Shown here piece after piece: positions 21,701 to 30,716 of a stretch of DNA of 64,000 nt. Location: NCBI GenBank assembly GCA_951812585.1, contig OX638318.1:2978810-3042809 (forward strand), given 5' to 3'. Under the pieces are notes generated by a model that saw only the letters and a program-made list of their open reading frames with translations, was not told where the DNA came from and did not search any database. This DNA is from Rhodothermales bacterium. Its GTDB lineage: Bacteria > Bacteroidota > Rhodothermia > Rhodothermales > Bin80. Positions within the stretch are counted from its first letter, which is position 1. Each line of letters opens with the position of its first letter. A program made the translations under genes and the position numbers.

Positions 21701-23115
21701 GGCCGCGCGTTGTAGTGTTGTCCCGGCAGGGTGAAGCCAAGATCATTGATGTGAAGCAAGACAGGCGGCGTCTGTTCTCGTCGATCATTCCGTACGGTGC
21801 GGAACTGCTGGTGGAGGAGGGGCAGGTCGTTGAGAAGGGCGAGGTACTGGCGAGCTGGGATCCATACAACAGTGTGATCCTGTCCGAAGTCATGGGCCGC
21901 GTCATGTTCCAGGACATTCACGAAGGCAAGACGTTCCGCGAAGAGTCGGACGAGCAGACCGGATTCAAGGAGAAGGTCATCACCGAAAGCCGTGATCGCA
22001 GTCTGACGCCTGCGGTGCGTATTTATACGGATGCATTGCAGGAGCGCGAGTACCCGTTGCCGATCCGTGCGCGCATTCAGGTGGAGGAGGGTGATGTAGT
22101 CCAGGCGGGTCAGGTGATTGCAAAGATTCCACGGCAGTCAGCGAGAACGCGTGACATCACCGGTGGTCTTCCCCGCGTGACGGAGCTTTTTGAGGCGCGA
22201 ACGCCGAGCGAGCCCGCGGTGGTCAGTGAGATTGACGGCGTGGTATCCTTTGGCGTGAAGCGTCGCGGTGCGCAAGAGGTCAAGTTGACCAGCCGCGACG
22301 GCTCAGAGGAGCGCATGTATCTTGTGCCGCTGCAGAAGCAGTTGCTGGTAGCGGAGAACGACTTTGTTCGTGCGGGCGAACCGCTGTCAGATGGTCGGAT
22401 CTCGCCGCAGGATATTCTTCGGATTCGTGGGCCGCGCGCGGTGCAGGAGTATTTGGTGAACGGCATTCAGGAGGTGTACCGGCTGCAGGGCGTGACGATC
22501 AACGACAAGCATATCGAGGTTATTGTTCGTCAGATGATGCAGAAGGTTCAGGTCACGGATCCTGGTGATACTTCGCTGTTGGAGGCGGAGAGGATTGCAC
22601 GTTTCCATCTTGAGTCGCTCAACGATGATTTGCATGACAAGCTGGTTGTGACCAAGTCTGGCGACAGCGGCTTGCCGATCCGGAGCCTCATTGATCGCCG
22701 GCGGCTGCGCGAGGTGAATTCCGAGATGAAGCGTCAGGACAAGCAGCCGGTCGCAACGCGCGAGCCTCAGCCGGCGGTTGCGGAGCCCATCCTCTTGGGA
22801 ATTACGCAGGCAGCGCTTGCGACTGAGTCCTTCATTTCAGGCGCGTCATTCCAGGAGACGACCAAGGTGTTGACCGAGGCGTCCATAGAGGGCAAGTTCG
22901 ATCCGCTTTACGGCCTCAAGGAGAACGTCATCGTAGGGCATCTTATTCCGGCGGGTACGGGGCAGCGCCGCTTCCGCGACATCGTTGTTGGTTCAAAGGT
23001 CGAATTGGAGGCGCTTCAGGCCGCCATTGGTGCCGATTTCGAGGTACCTATGCCGTTTCCGTTTTCGCACGCTACCGCCGGCGATGGCGTGCCGCAACCC
23101 GTCCGGCAGCTTTAG
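18790..23115 (+). CDS. rpoC: DNA-directed RNA polymerase subunit beta'
   Basis: 1441 aa with a zinc-binding CxC...CxxC region, the [12 protein letters not shown] catalytic motif and RAPTLHRLG. Confidence 0.98.
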   Translation: MPYGAPPKVQKVFNGITVSLASPETILERSHGEVQKPETINYRSFKPEKEGLFCEKIFGPVKDWECYCSKYKRIRYKGIICDRCGVEVTQKSVRRERMGHIALSVPVVHIWYFKTLPNKISHLLGIKSKALEKVIYYESYVVVQAGRAEQKGITRGQLLTEEEYLDILYSEELREDNNRLSDDDPEKFIAMIGGEAVETMLKRLDLQRLSHELRFQIKTESSQQRKAEALKRLKVVAAFREANRRMENKPEWMVLHVVPVIPPELRPLVPLEGGRFATSDLNDLYRRVIIRNNRLKRLIDIKAPEVILRNEKRMLQEAVDSLFDNSRKANAVRSSNGRPVKSLSDMLKGKQGRFRQNLLGKRVDYSGRSVIVVGPELELHQCGLPKEMAVELFKPFVIRKLIERGIVKTVKSAKKVVDRRTAEVWDIVEKVIEGRPVMLNRAPTLHRLGFQAFQPVLTEGKAIQLHPLVCTAFNADFDGDQMAVHVPLGYDACLEAMVLMLSSHNILSPAHGGPITVPTQDMVLGLYYLTKSRTGAKGEGMRFSSAAEVRQAFDLDQVNVHAKISVRLEDGTKVDTSVGRVLFNEFVPRKLGYINDILTKKNLRRIIARVLSATNFPETARFLDDIKRAGFEYATMGGLTFSIADIVVPDEKEELLREAHAAVRTVRDNYALGFIFDVERYNQVIDIWTRTNNKVSEVLFDALEKDEDGFNAIYMMADSGARGSKEQIRQLGGMRGLMAKPQKSMKGEAGEIIENPIVSNFKEGLSVLEYFISTHGARKGLADTALKTADAGYLTRRLVDVAQDVTITMHDCGTLRGISIAALKDHETVVEPLADRILGRVSLHDVYDPLTGDRIVNAYEVIDEKRALQIAETSIEQVEIRSVLTCEARRGACANCYGRNLGTGRLVEQGEAIGVVAAQSIGEPGTQLTLRTFHVGGTASRIQAESTIQSKGAGTIAFENLRTVGIEYEEGPRVVVLSRQGEAKIIDVKQDRRRLFSSIIPYGAELLVEEGQVVEKGEVLASWDPYNSVILSEVMGRVMFQDIHEGKTFREESDEQTGFKEKVITESRDRSLTPAVRIYTDALQEREYPLPIRARIQVEEGDVVQAGQVIAKIPRQSARTRDITGGLPRVTELFEARTPSEPAVVSEIDGVVSFGVKRRGAQEVKLTSRDGSEERMYLVPLQKQLLVAENDFVRAGEPLSDGRISPQDILRIRGPRAVQEYLVNGIQEVYRLQGVTINDKHIEVIVRQMMQKVQVTDPGDTSLLEAERIARFHLESLNDDLHDKLVVTKSGDSGLPIRSLIDRRRLREVNSEMKRQDKQPVATREPQPAVAEPILLGITQAALATESFISGASFQETTKVLTEASIEGKFDPLYGLKENVIVGHLIPAGTGQRRFRDIVVGSKVELEALQAAIGADFEVPMPFPFSHATAGDGVPQPVRQL

Positions 23116-23133
23116 CAGCCCATCGCGCCCACT

Positions 23134-23339
23134 GTGCACGACCATCTGGCCGCGCCGCTAGGCCGCGAGGCTGTGCGCACGCTCTATGGCGTGCCGGTCG
23201 ACACGATGTCTTCGGCCGTCATCACGTACGAGGCGATGGACGATGCGCTGAACACCGGTCGCATGGCGTGTACTTCTATCGGGTGTTGGTGGGCGGACAG
23301 CAGATGGCCCGCACCGGGCAGATGACGGTGGTGCGATGA
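23134..23339 (+). pseudogene. Orphan, frameshifted remnant of a T9SS C-terminal sorting domain (CTD)
   Basis: One frame reads ...[37 protein letters not shown] 1-nt shift near 23262-23266 continues [24 protein letters not shown]. This matches the end of type A T9SS CTDs (..GREV.TL....SGVYFYRL....KM.L..) and the -IVR/-VIR ends of the two intact CTD proteins in this window. No N-terminal passenger is present; rpoC ends 18 nt upstream. Confidence 0.55.
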
Positions 23340-23595
23340 CAGGCGCAGTGTGCTGACTTACGCATCATCTAGTCTTTACCGCTGGTAGAACAGCGTGTGC
23401 AGCTGCAGGCACCTTACCAGCGGAGGAGTGGTGCAAAGGTCGGCGGAACCGCCGAAAGCGCTTTTGTGCATCTTGATGCCCTTATGCGTGCCACCGCTTG
23501 GACAATCCAAGAGAATGTCCAAGGGCGCGCACCGCGCTGGCAGGTTGAGTGAACGCAGGGTTGTTCTATATTTTGCCAACGCGTGTTCCTGTCCC

Positions 23596-25122
23596 ATGCG
23601 CACCTGCGCTTGCCTGATTCTGATGCTCCTAACCGCGCTGCCGGCGGCTGGGCAGCGGAACAGGCTGCTCCACGTGCATGACCCTTCGTACGAGTACATC
23701 GTCCGCCTGCAGCGCCGGGGGCACCTGTTGGAACTCAATCCTACAGCGACACCCTACCGTCATGGGGCCGTTGCGGCGGCCATTGCCAGTGTTGATACAA
23801 CGCGCCTGAGCCCTTCGGAAGGGCACTGGCTGCGCCTTGTCCGCTATGCCGTTCGCCAGGTGCCAAGAGATGCGGGCGAGGCTGCCGTAGGGTACTATTT
23901 TGATGGCCAGGCGTCGCTTGTCAATAGTGATCGCAAGGAGCTTTTGCGCCCGCGGGGTGATACGCTGAACTTCTTCTATGAGGGCACTGCCGTTTCGGGT
24001 TGGGCGGAGTTTGGCAGCCTTGTAACGGATTTCAGCATCTGGCACAGCCGCTATTATGAAGACGATCCCGATGGGCTGGACGTAGCGCTGCGCCTGTATG
24101 CGCGTAGTGAGAACACCTATGTGGGCTATCATCGCCATTGGCTGTCTGCCTATGTGGGCCGGTGGAATCAGCACTGGGGTGTACCGGGGGAGGCGGCCAC
24201 GGTCCTGAGCAACAACCCGCGCAGCCAGGATCAGCTGTACCTGAAGCTGGGCGGTGGACGCTTGTCGGTCACCGGTGTTCTTAGCGAGTTGGATAGCGCT
24301 ACGGATGGCCTGTACTTCACGGGGCGGGCCGAGGACGACAGCGTACGTGCCGGCAGCACGCGGCGTTACTTTGCGGCGCACCGGTGGGACTTTCGTCCCG
24401 GCCGCCGCTTTATGGTGAGCTTTATGGAGTCAGCCATCTACTCGGGTCCGGGCAGCAGCTTGAGTCTGAAGTACCTCAATCCAATGCATGTTTTCAGCTT
24501 TGTGGTGGACAACCGGCCCAAGAACGACGAAAACAACGGCTTTCTGGCGGGTCTGCTCTGGGCCCAGATTTCACGGCTTACAATCCACGGCCAGTTCATG
24601 GTGGACGACATCAACCTGCAGGGCATCGGCCGCGAGTCGATGACCTTCGCCATGGTCGGCTCCGCTGTAGTCGCCTTGCCCAAGCTGGATGTGGGAATCG
24701 CCTTGGAGGCTGTCTCGGCGCGCGCCTATAATGCGCCCCAGCCGGAAGGCCGCTACCTTTACCTGCAGCGTGGCCTCGCGACGCAGTTCAGCGACTATGT
24801 GAGCAGTACGCTATGGGCCGATGTCTACCTGGACACCGTGCCAGGGCTGCGTCTGAAACCGCATGTGGCGATCCTGTACCAGGGCGAGCGGGATATACGG
24901 CAGCCATTTCCGTCCAATGATGAATTGCTGGACAATATCCTGGACGGGCAGGTAGCCAGAACAGTGCGCACCGCTGCGGAAATTATGTACCAGCCTGTGC
25001 CTTGGGCCTGGGCACGCGCTGAGGGCGGCTTCAACAGCACCGATGGCAACACGCGATTTGCCGGGAGTCTATCAGTGGGGCTGCGCTTCACCTTGCAGGC
25101 TGCATTGCCGCTCGCGCTATGA
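23596..25122 (+). CDS. Outer-membrane protein, possibly capsule-assembly Wzi-like
   Basis: Signal peptide MRTCACLILMLLTALPAAGQ from ATG 23596. The N-terminal YEYIVRLQRRGHLL..L.....PY resembles the Wzi-family N-terminus, and the remainder is beta-rich. The family call is tentative. Confidence 0.5.
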   Translation: MRTCACLILMLLTALPAAGQRNRLLHVHDPSYEYIVRLQRRGHLLELNPTATPYRHGAVAAAIASVDTTRLSPSEGHWLRLVRYAVRQVPRDAGEAAVGYYFDGQASLVNSDRKELLRPRGDTLNFFYEGTAVSGWAEFGSLVTDFSIWHSRYYEDDPDGLDVALRLYARSENTYVGYHRHWLSAYVGRWNQHWGVPGEAATVLSNNPRSQDQLYLKLGGGRLSVTGVLSELDSATDGLYFTGRAEDDSVRAGSTRRYFAAHRWDFRPGRRFMVSFMESAIYSGPGSSLSLKYLNPMHVFSFVVDNRPKNDENNGFLAGLLWAQISRLTIHGQFMVDDINLQGIGRESMTFAMVGSAVVALPKLDVGIALEAVSARAYNAPQPEGRYLYLQRGLATQFSDYVSSTLWADVYLDTVPGLRLKPHVAILYQGERDIRQPFPSNDELLDNILDGQVARTVRTAAEIMYQPVPWAWARAEGGFNSTDGNTRFAGSLSVGLRFTLQAALPLAL

Positions 25123-25697
25123 TCCGCAGATCGGCTGCTTTAACGGGGGTCGTGCTCTTGGGCATGGCCCTGCCGTCTTCGGCACAGGAGCCCTTTTCGG
25201 TCATTGAGCTTCAGGGCCAGTGGAGCAGCGACATCAGCCGCGCACCGTTGCACCAACACTGGGCGCCCGGTAGGGGCGCAGTCTTTAATGTGGTGATGCC
25301 ATTCTACGCTGGAGACTTTGAGTTCGGTGGCGCAGTGCACCGCTACGCGACCCGTAGCGACGCGCCGGGCTTTGCGGCACTTTGGCTTTATGCAGGCTGG
25401 GGTGTGCATTACCAGTGGCGAGAGCGCCTGACCGCTTACGGCACTGCGCGCCTGGGCAACTACCGGATGTCGTTTGACGGTGCCGAGGACCGCTATACCG
25501 GCGTGAGTGCGGAGAGCGAGCTTGCGCTGGGCGTGGGCGGCGGTCTGTCCTTGCTTGTGGCTGATCCGGTGTCCGTGTATGTGCGCGTGGATCGATTGCG
25601 CGTGGAGACACTGCCCGTACTGAACCTGTGGTATGTTTCCGGCGGGCTTAGCGTACGCATTCGGGCGGGCGCAGGCTGGAAAGCCTTCTTTGAGTAA
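25119..25697 (+). CDS. Small outer-membrane beta-barrel-like protein (hypothetical)
   Basis: Signal peptide ..VLLGMALPSSAQE, alternating Gly/aromatic beta-strand pattern, and an ATGA overlap with the upstream gene. Confidence 0.55.
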   Translation: MIRRSAALTGVVLLGMALPSSAQEPFSVIELQGQWSSDISRAPLHQHWAPGRGAVFNVVMPFYAGDFEFGGAVHRYATRSDAPGFAALWLYAGWGVHYQWRERLTAYGTARLGNYRMSFDGAEDRYTGVSAESELALGVGGGLSLLVADPVSVYVRVDRLRVETLPVLNLWYVSGGLSVRIRAGAGWKAFFE

Positions 25698-25714
25698 CGG
25701 CTTGGGCACTCAGG

Positions 25715-26126
25715 TGTCTGGCCGGCCGATATGCTGCAGCTGCGGCCCATTCGACACTACGAGACTCCCCGCGTGATCTGCCACGAAGAGGCATGCTCGC
25801 CTACTATGTGCAGTGGCACATGAAGCAGCGCTTGGCGCCGATGCTGTTTGCGGAATGAAGGCAAGCGCACAGCTTATCAGCACCCGGTGCAGCCTGCACA
25901 GCGCTCCGCGACCGCAGAGCACAAAGCCCCCACCAAACGAGATGCAGCCGCCGATGAAGTCATGAGCTTCTGGGCTCTGGTAGATCAGCTCTCCAACCTG
26001 AGCAAGACCGAACGCATCCCCAAAATTGGCCAGGCAAGGCATCCCTGTATAGGGTCGTATAGGATCGGTGAACCGACAAAGCGGCAAAAGCAGGCGTTTG
26101 ATCTCTTGGGCGTCAAGATCAAGTAA
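25715..26126 (+). mobile_element. Decayed C-terminal remnant of a DDE transposase (IS4-superfamily, IS1634-like), at least 2 frameshifts
   Basis: Three frames pieced together give DMLQLRPIRHYETPRVICHEEA / MLAYYVQWHMKQRLAPMLFAE* (25793-25858) / ...DEVMSFWALVDQLSNLSKTER...PTKRQKQAFDLLGVKIK*. This resembles the ...LRPIYH...RVRAH.FLCMLAYYVEWHMR..LAP.LF... and ...F..LL.DL.TL...T.PT..Q.KAFELLGV C-terminus of that transposase family (recalled, not searched). No N-terminal part and no terminal repeats were found. Confidence 0.55.
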
Positions 26127-26389
26127 AGGCTGTATTCATGCGTGGCGCCGTGGCCAATGACCTGCGCGCACAGGGTAATAAAGACCCTGACGGTGCCCAG
26201 GCGCTTCCAGCGCTGTCCGTGAAGGGCCGCAAGCAGCCGCAAGTCTGAAACGTATCACACCGGCTGGAACGCGCCGCGCAGCGTAAAACCTCCACATTGG
26301 CCCTCAATCGCAGCAATTTTTGGCGTTCAGGCGGAAAAAGCGATGGCCGCCGCGGTTCGCGTGCGCAATGCTTAGGATTGGCAGGTCGC

Positions 26390-28696
26390 TTACAAGTCCT
26401 TGAACGACTCGTTGATGATCGGGTAATGGCGCCAGTCCTTGTAGTCGAAGTGCCACCACTCTGCCTCATAGACCGTGAAGCCTGCTTCCTCCATGGCATC
26501 TCGCAGCAGTTCGCGATGATACCGGCTGCGTGACGTGCCGCCGGGATAGTCGGGGAAAGCACGCCCAGTGAACTCGTCGTAGCCGCTCGGCATCTCCGCG
26601 ATTGCGCCCGTTTCCAATTCGTAAAGACCGAGGTCTACGGCGCACCCGCGGTTGTGCCGGGAGCCGCGACTCGGGTCGGCCACAAAGAGGCGCAGCGAGT
26701 CGGGTGTAGCATCCCAGAACATCTTTGTCACGCGCCAGGGGCGGTACCCGTCATACACGATCAGACCAAAGCCATGCGTTGCCAATGCCTGGCTGGCTTG
26801 GACAAGTGCTTCGGCTGCGGGCCGCTGCAGGAAGGCCTTTGCGGTCTGGTAGAACGGCGCTCCCATAAAGTTGTCGCTGGTGGCGTAGCGGATGTCAAGC
26901 CGTATGGTAGGGTCCAATGTGGTGATGTCTACCAAATCCGGCGCTCTCACAGGACCACTCTCAGACGGGGGGTGCGCCGCTGCTGCGGTCGCTCTCAGCT
27001 CGTCGATAGGCTTCTGCGGCATGATCCTGAAGGTGGTGCCTTGACCGGGGCTCGCATCCCGGCGCGCAAAAGGAATCCCCGCCAGATTGGCCTCGATGAC
27101 CTGACCCCGCGCGTTCCGGACAAAGGTCAGTGTCTCATGCATGTACAGACCGGATGTCGGAAGGCGGTACACATCACGGCCAAGCGCTTCCAACGGATAC
27201 CGGAAAAACCACTCGATGAGCACGTGAAGCTGACCCTGATCCTCATAGACATAGAGAACGTTGTGATCCCACCCATACTCTCCAATAAGCTCTTGGAACG
27301 CCTCGGGTGATGCTGGCGGGCGGGTGCGCTTCTGCCGCACCAAGAGCCCTTTGCCTGTATCCAGCGTATCGCCCCGCACAGAAAATCGAAGCCGGTCATA
27401 TCCAAGACGTCCATCGATGATCATATGATCGTCCAGCACACGCACATCGAATCGTTCAGCGCCGTAATCTGCCAGTAGTGCGCCATTGCGCTCAATAAGC
27501 GCAATCGTGGCATGGTCGTCCGCTTGGTACACGCCGTCCAGTGCTCGTGCGCGTGCTGAATCGACTTTTGCGGCGTGCACTGCGTCAGGAAGTTTTGCAC
27601 CTTCTCTGTTGGCTAGGATCAGGTCTATTGCATAGCGGGCAACGCGATCCACTACTGGATTCGTTGCATCCACATTGGACACCACGGCCGCGCCCACGCG
27701 CCGCTCGGGAAGCAGCCACACGCGTGTAGCGTAGCCATACATAACGCCAGCGTGCCCCACAACCAGTTCGCCTGCATGACGGGATACGTAAAACCCGAGT
27801 CCGAAGCCTTGCGTCTGCTCCGAGGATGCCCATTGAGGCGTCCACATCTCTTTGAGGGCGGCTGACGAGAGGATATCCGGGTGCTCGCCTCCCGAAATGG
27901 CCAAGAGCATGCGAATGAGCTGGCCCAGATCATCCGTAGTAGTGTACAGGTTGGCGGCAGGCCCAATGCCAAGCTCAAATACGGGGGCATCCGTCAGTAC
28001 ACTGGTGTCATGCCGCCACATGTAGCCCGCACCGAGTCGTTCACGCAAGTCTTCACGCGCGGAAAAGCTTGTACTTTCCATCCCCAGCTTGTCGATGAGC
28101 GCAGTCTGTACGTACTCCTCAAAGCGCATGCCTGTGACCTGTTCAATAACAAAGCCAGCGACGCTTACCGCAGCATTGGAATATTTGGTGGCCGTTTCCG
28201 GAGGCAGTACCAGCGTGGTTGCATTCAGGCTGTTGACCGTTGCTTCAAGGCCCGGTTCTGAATCATCAAAGTAGTTGCCCACGGGCGGCTCGCGCACCAG
28301 TCCGGATCGATGGGTCACCAGTTGGCGCAATGTGATCGGAGTGCCAAAGGGATTATCAGGTTTAAACCCGGGGGCGTAGTCCGTGATTGGCCGGTCCCAA
28401 TCCAATACTCCTTGCTCTACCAGCTGCATGACCGACATTGCTGTAAACAGCTTGGACACCGAGGCCACTCGGTAAACGGTTGATTCCGATATTTCGCCAT
28501 TGTCCGCGCTGTATCCCCGGCTCCAAGTCAGGCCTTCGTCGTCAACGAGCGTGACTGCGATGCCAGGAATGCCCTTGGCTTCCATTTCATGCTGCACAAA
28601 GCTGTCAAGCCTGGCTTGCCATTCCGGCGAAGAACTCGTACATCCAGTTATGCAACCCGCCAGGAAGGCGGCAATGAACAGGCGACTTCGTACCAT
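26390..28696 (-). CDS. Lipoprotein fusing a beta-lactamase-family serine hydrolase to a VanX/DdpX-type D-Ala-D-Ala dipeptidase (M15)
   Basis: Lipobox MVRSRLFIAAFLAGC from ATG 28696 (the track start 28717 is TTG). The N-terminal domain has SxxK (ASVSKLF), YSN (TKYSNAA) and HAG. The C-terminal ~185 aa carry VanX motifs: YATSDNFMG, YDGYRPW, SRHNRGCAVDL and AEWWHFDY. Confidence 0.8.
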   Translation of the reverse strand: MVRSRLFIAAFLAGCITGCTSSSPEWQARLDSFVQHEMEAKGIPGIAVTLVDDEGLTWSRGYSADNGEISESTVYRVASVSKLFTAMSVMQLVEQGVLDWDRPITDYAPGFKPDNPFGTPITLRQLVTHRSGLVREPPVGNYFDDSEPGLEATVNSLNATTLVLPPETATKYSNAAVSVAGFVIEQVTGMRFEEYVQTALIDKLGMESTSFSAREDLRERLGAGYMWRHDTSVLTDAPVFELGIGPAANLYTTTDDLGQLIRMLLAISGGEHPDILSSAALKEMWTPQWASSEQTQGFGLGFYVSRHAGELVVGHAGVMYGYATRVWLLPERRVGAAVVSNVDATNPVVDRVARYAIDLILANREGAKLPDAVHAAKVDSARARALDGVYQADDHATIALIERNGALLADYGAERFDVRVLDDHMIIDGRLGYDRLRFSVRGDTLDTGKGLLVRQKRTRPPASPEAFQELIGEYGWDHNVLYVYEDQGQLHVLIEWFFRYPLEALGRDVYRLPTSGLYMHETLTFVRNARGQVIEANLAGIPFARRDASPGQGTTFRIMPQKPIDELRATAAAAHPPSESGPVRAPDLVDITTLDPTIRLDIRYATSDNFMGAPFYQTAKAFLQRPAAEALVQASQALATHGFGLIVYDGYRPWRVTKMFWDATPDSLRLFVADPSRGSRHNRGCAVDLGLYELETGAIAEMPSGYDEFTGRAFPDYPGGTSRSRYHRELLRDAMEEAGFTVYEAEWWHFDYKDWRHYPIINESFKDL

Positions 28697-28764
28697 ACCA
28701 CGTAAGCGTGTTTGCAAGCGCTGAGCACCGCTGAGCGCCGCACAATTACCCGGAAGATACGAAC

Positions 28765-29589
28765 ATGACAGGCCAGCTTGAGCGTATCCATATCTATCCG
28801 ATCAAGGGCGCGCAAGGCGTTGCACTGCAGCACGGGCATGTTCGGCCGCGCGGCCTGGCCAATGATCGGCGCTGGATGCTGGTGGATGCCGACGGCAGCT
28901 TCTTGTCCCAGCGTATGGTGCCCAGCCTGGCACGCGTACGTGCACAGGTCACACCATTCGGAATGCGTCTCAGTGCGCCATGCACAAGAGAACTGGACGT
29001 TCCCCGACCCGATCCATCCGCACCACGCCTCAAGGTCGTGATCTGGAAGGACACCGTAGAGGCGGTCTGTTCAACACCGGCTATCAATGCATGGTGTAGT
29101 GATGTCGTGGGCCAGCCATGCCGGCTGGTCCTCATGGACCACGCCTCCAGGCGCAGCGTTCATCGAGACTATAACCCAGGCGCAGCTGTTGTAAGCTTTG
29201 CAGATGGCTTTCCATTGCTGTTGACATCAACCGCGTCGTTAGGCGAACTCAATGCGCGCATGGCTGCGCCCGTGCCTATGACGCGCTTCAGGGCCAATCT
29301 CGTAGTCGGCGGCTTTGCGCCGTTTGCGGAGGATGGCTGGTCTGCAATCCAGATCGGAGATATGCAGTTCGATGTAGTGAAGCCCTGTTCGCGGTGCGTG
29401 GTGACCACCATTGATCAAAACACGTTGCAGGCCGGAAAGGAGCCGCTCCGAACGCTGAGTACATTTCGCAGGAAGGATGGCAAGGTGTACTTTGGCGAAA
29501 ATCTTATCCCGCGGAGCCGTGGCATAATCCGCGCAGGAGATGCGGTGGCCGTATTAGCCAAGCGCGCATTGCCAGTGTTTCCTGTTTAG
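28765..29589 (+). CDS. MOSC domain-containing protein (YcbX-like)
   Basis: IHIYPIKGAQGV, NDRRWMLVD and CSRCVVTTIDQ.T (the conserved MOSC Cys). Confidence 0.85.
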   Translation: MTGQLERIHIYPIKGAQGVALQHGHVRPRGLANDRRWMLVDADGSFLSQRMVPSLARVRAQVTPFGMRLSAPCTRELDVPRPDPSAPRLKVVIWKDTVEAVCSTPAINAWCSDVVGQPCRLVLMDHASRRSVHRDYNPGAAVVSFADGFPLLLTSTASLGELNARMAAPVPMTRFRANLVVGGFAPFAEDGWSAIQIGDMQFDVVKPCSRCVVTTIDQNTLQAGKEPLRTLSTFRRKDGKVYFGENLIPRSRGIIRAGDAVAVLAKRALPVFPV

Positions 29590-29741
29590 TTACTATTACC
29601 GGTTCGGGTGTATACTGTGTGTCACACACATTCAGGGCTACAACGCTGCTCGCAACGCGCATTCCGAGAGACACTAGCGCACATAGCTAAAGCGCCCCGT
29701 GCACGCCGCTTTGCGGGGATGGCACCGCCTGTGCTGTCCCC

Positions 29742-30242
29742 ATGATGGCGCACGTTCTGGTACTCAACCAAGACTACAGCGCACTGACAGTCTGCACCGT
29801 TCGACGCGCGGTTGGACTGCTGCATCTCCACAAGGCGGATGTGGTGGAATCGATCCCCAACCGAGCAATGCGTTCGCCGAGCGTGAGCATCCCTTGGCCT
29901 AGTATTGTCCGACTGCGCATCTACGTTCGAGTACCTTACCGGCGAATCATGCTTTCGCGGCGCAATGTCTTGCGGCGCGATGGATTCCGGTGCCAATACT
30001 GCCAGGGGCGCGACAGGCTGACTGTCGATCATGTGTTGCCAAAGTCGCGTGGGGGCCGCCATGTCTGGACCAACCTGGTGGCGGCTTGCAACCAGTGCAA
30101 CAACAAGAAGGGTAACAGAATACCGGAAGAGGCCGGCATGCCGCTGCGCCGCAAGCCGTTCAGACCGAGCCATGTGATGTTCATCCGCGACTATGTCGGG
30201 ACGGTGGCCGAAAGCTGGAAGCCATACCTGTTCCTCAATTGA
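29742..30242 (+). CDS. HNH endonuclease
   Basis: RRDGFRCQYCQGRDRLTVDHVLPKSRGGRHVWTNLVAACNQCNNKKGN is a complete HNH/zinc-finger motif. Confidence 0.88.
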   Translation: MMAHVLVLNQDYSALTVCTVRRAVGLLHLHKADVVESIPNRAMRSPSVSIPWPSIVRLRIYVRVPYRRIMLSRRNVLRRDGFRCQYCQGRDRLTVDHVLPKSRGGRHVWTNLVAACNQCNNKKGNRIPEEAGMPLRRKPFRPSHVMFIRDYVGTVAESWKPYLFLN

Positions 30243-30251
30243 TGCCAGGCA

Positions 30252-30716
30252 ATGGTTCGCGTCATTGCGCGCATTCTGTGGGTGGTGCCCTTTGGACTCG
30301 TGCTACTGTCCATTGATCAGGCCAAGCTGGCATACGATCTGCGGACTACTTGGCACCACGGCGCGCAAACCACGGCAGAGGTACTTGAATGGCAAAGCTC
30401 AAACCGCGCGGATGTAACCTACGGCTACGTTAGCCTGCGCATACCTTTGGCCGACGGCTCCACGCTGACCAGGCAAAAGCTGTCGCTCCCGAATTCGCTG
30501 CTGCCGCAGCTCGAGGGCTTATCCACGCTGGCGGTGCATGTGCGTCCTGGGGCTTCGCAGGAGATTGTGATTGACCGCATCATGCCAACGCACTGGCATA
30601 TCGCTACGGCGCAGGTCGGGATTAGCCTGCTGGGTGCAGTAATATTCTTCGCGGGTGCGTACTGGTGGAATGGCTACCTGCGCAAAGAGGCAGGTCTGCG
30701 CAGGTCTAGCGAATAA
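30252..30716 (+). CDS. Two-TM membrane protein (DUF3592-like topology, tentative)
   Basis: An N-terminal TM (ILWVVPFGLVLLSI), a beta-rich middle and a C-terminal TM (ISLLGAVIFFAGAYWW). It starts 9 nt after the HNH stop. Confidence 0.55.
   Translation: MVRVIARILWVVPFGLVLLSIDQAKLAYDLRTTWHHGAQTTAEVLEWQSSNRADVTYGYVSLRIPLADGSTLTRQKLSLPNSLLPQLEGLSTLAVHVRPGASQEIVIDRIMPTHWHIATAQVGISLLGAVIFFAGAYWWNGYLRKEAGLRRSSE

Noticed and set aside
28927-28945. Sigma-54 promoter-like CTGGCACGCGTACGTGCA
   Set aside because: The spacing and the -12 element deviate from TGGCAC-N5-TTGC, and the site is inside the MOSC coding region. Other TGGCAC occurrences (for example 33484, 37753, 63336) also lack a proper -12 element.
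29622-30173. 183-aa minus-strand ORF
   Set aside because: It lies antisense to the HNH endonuclease gene, whose plus-strand frame has a complete HNH motif.
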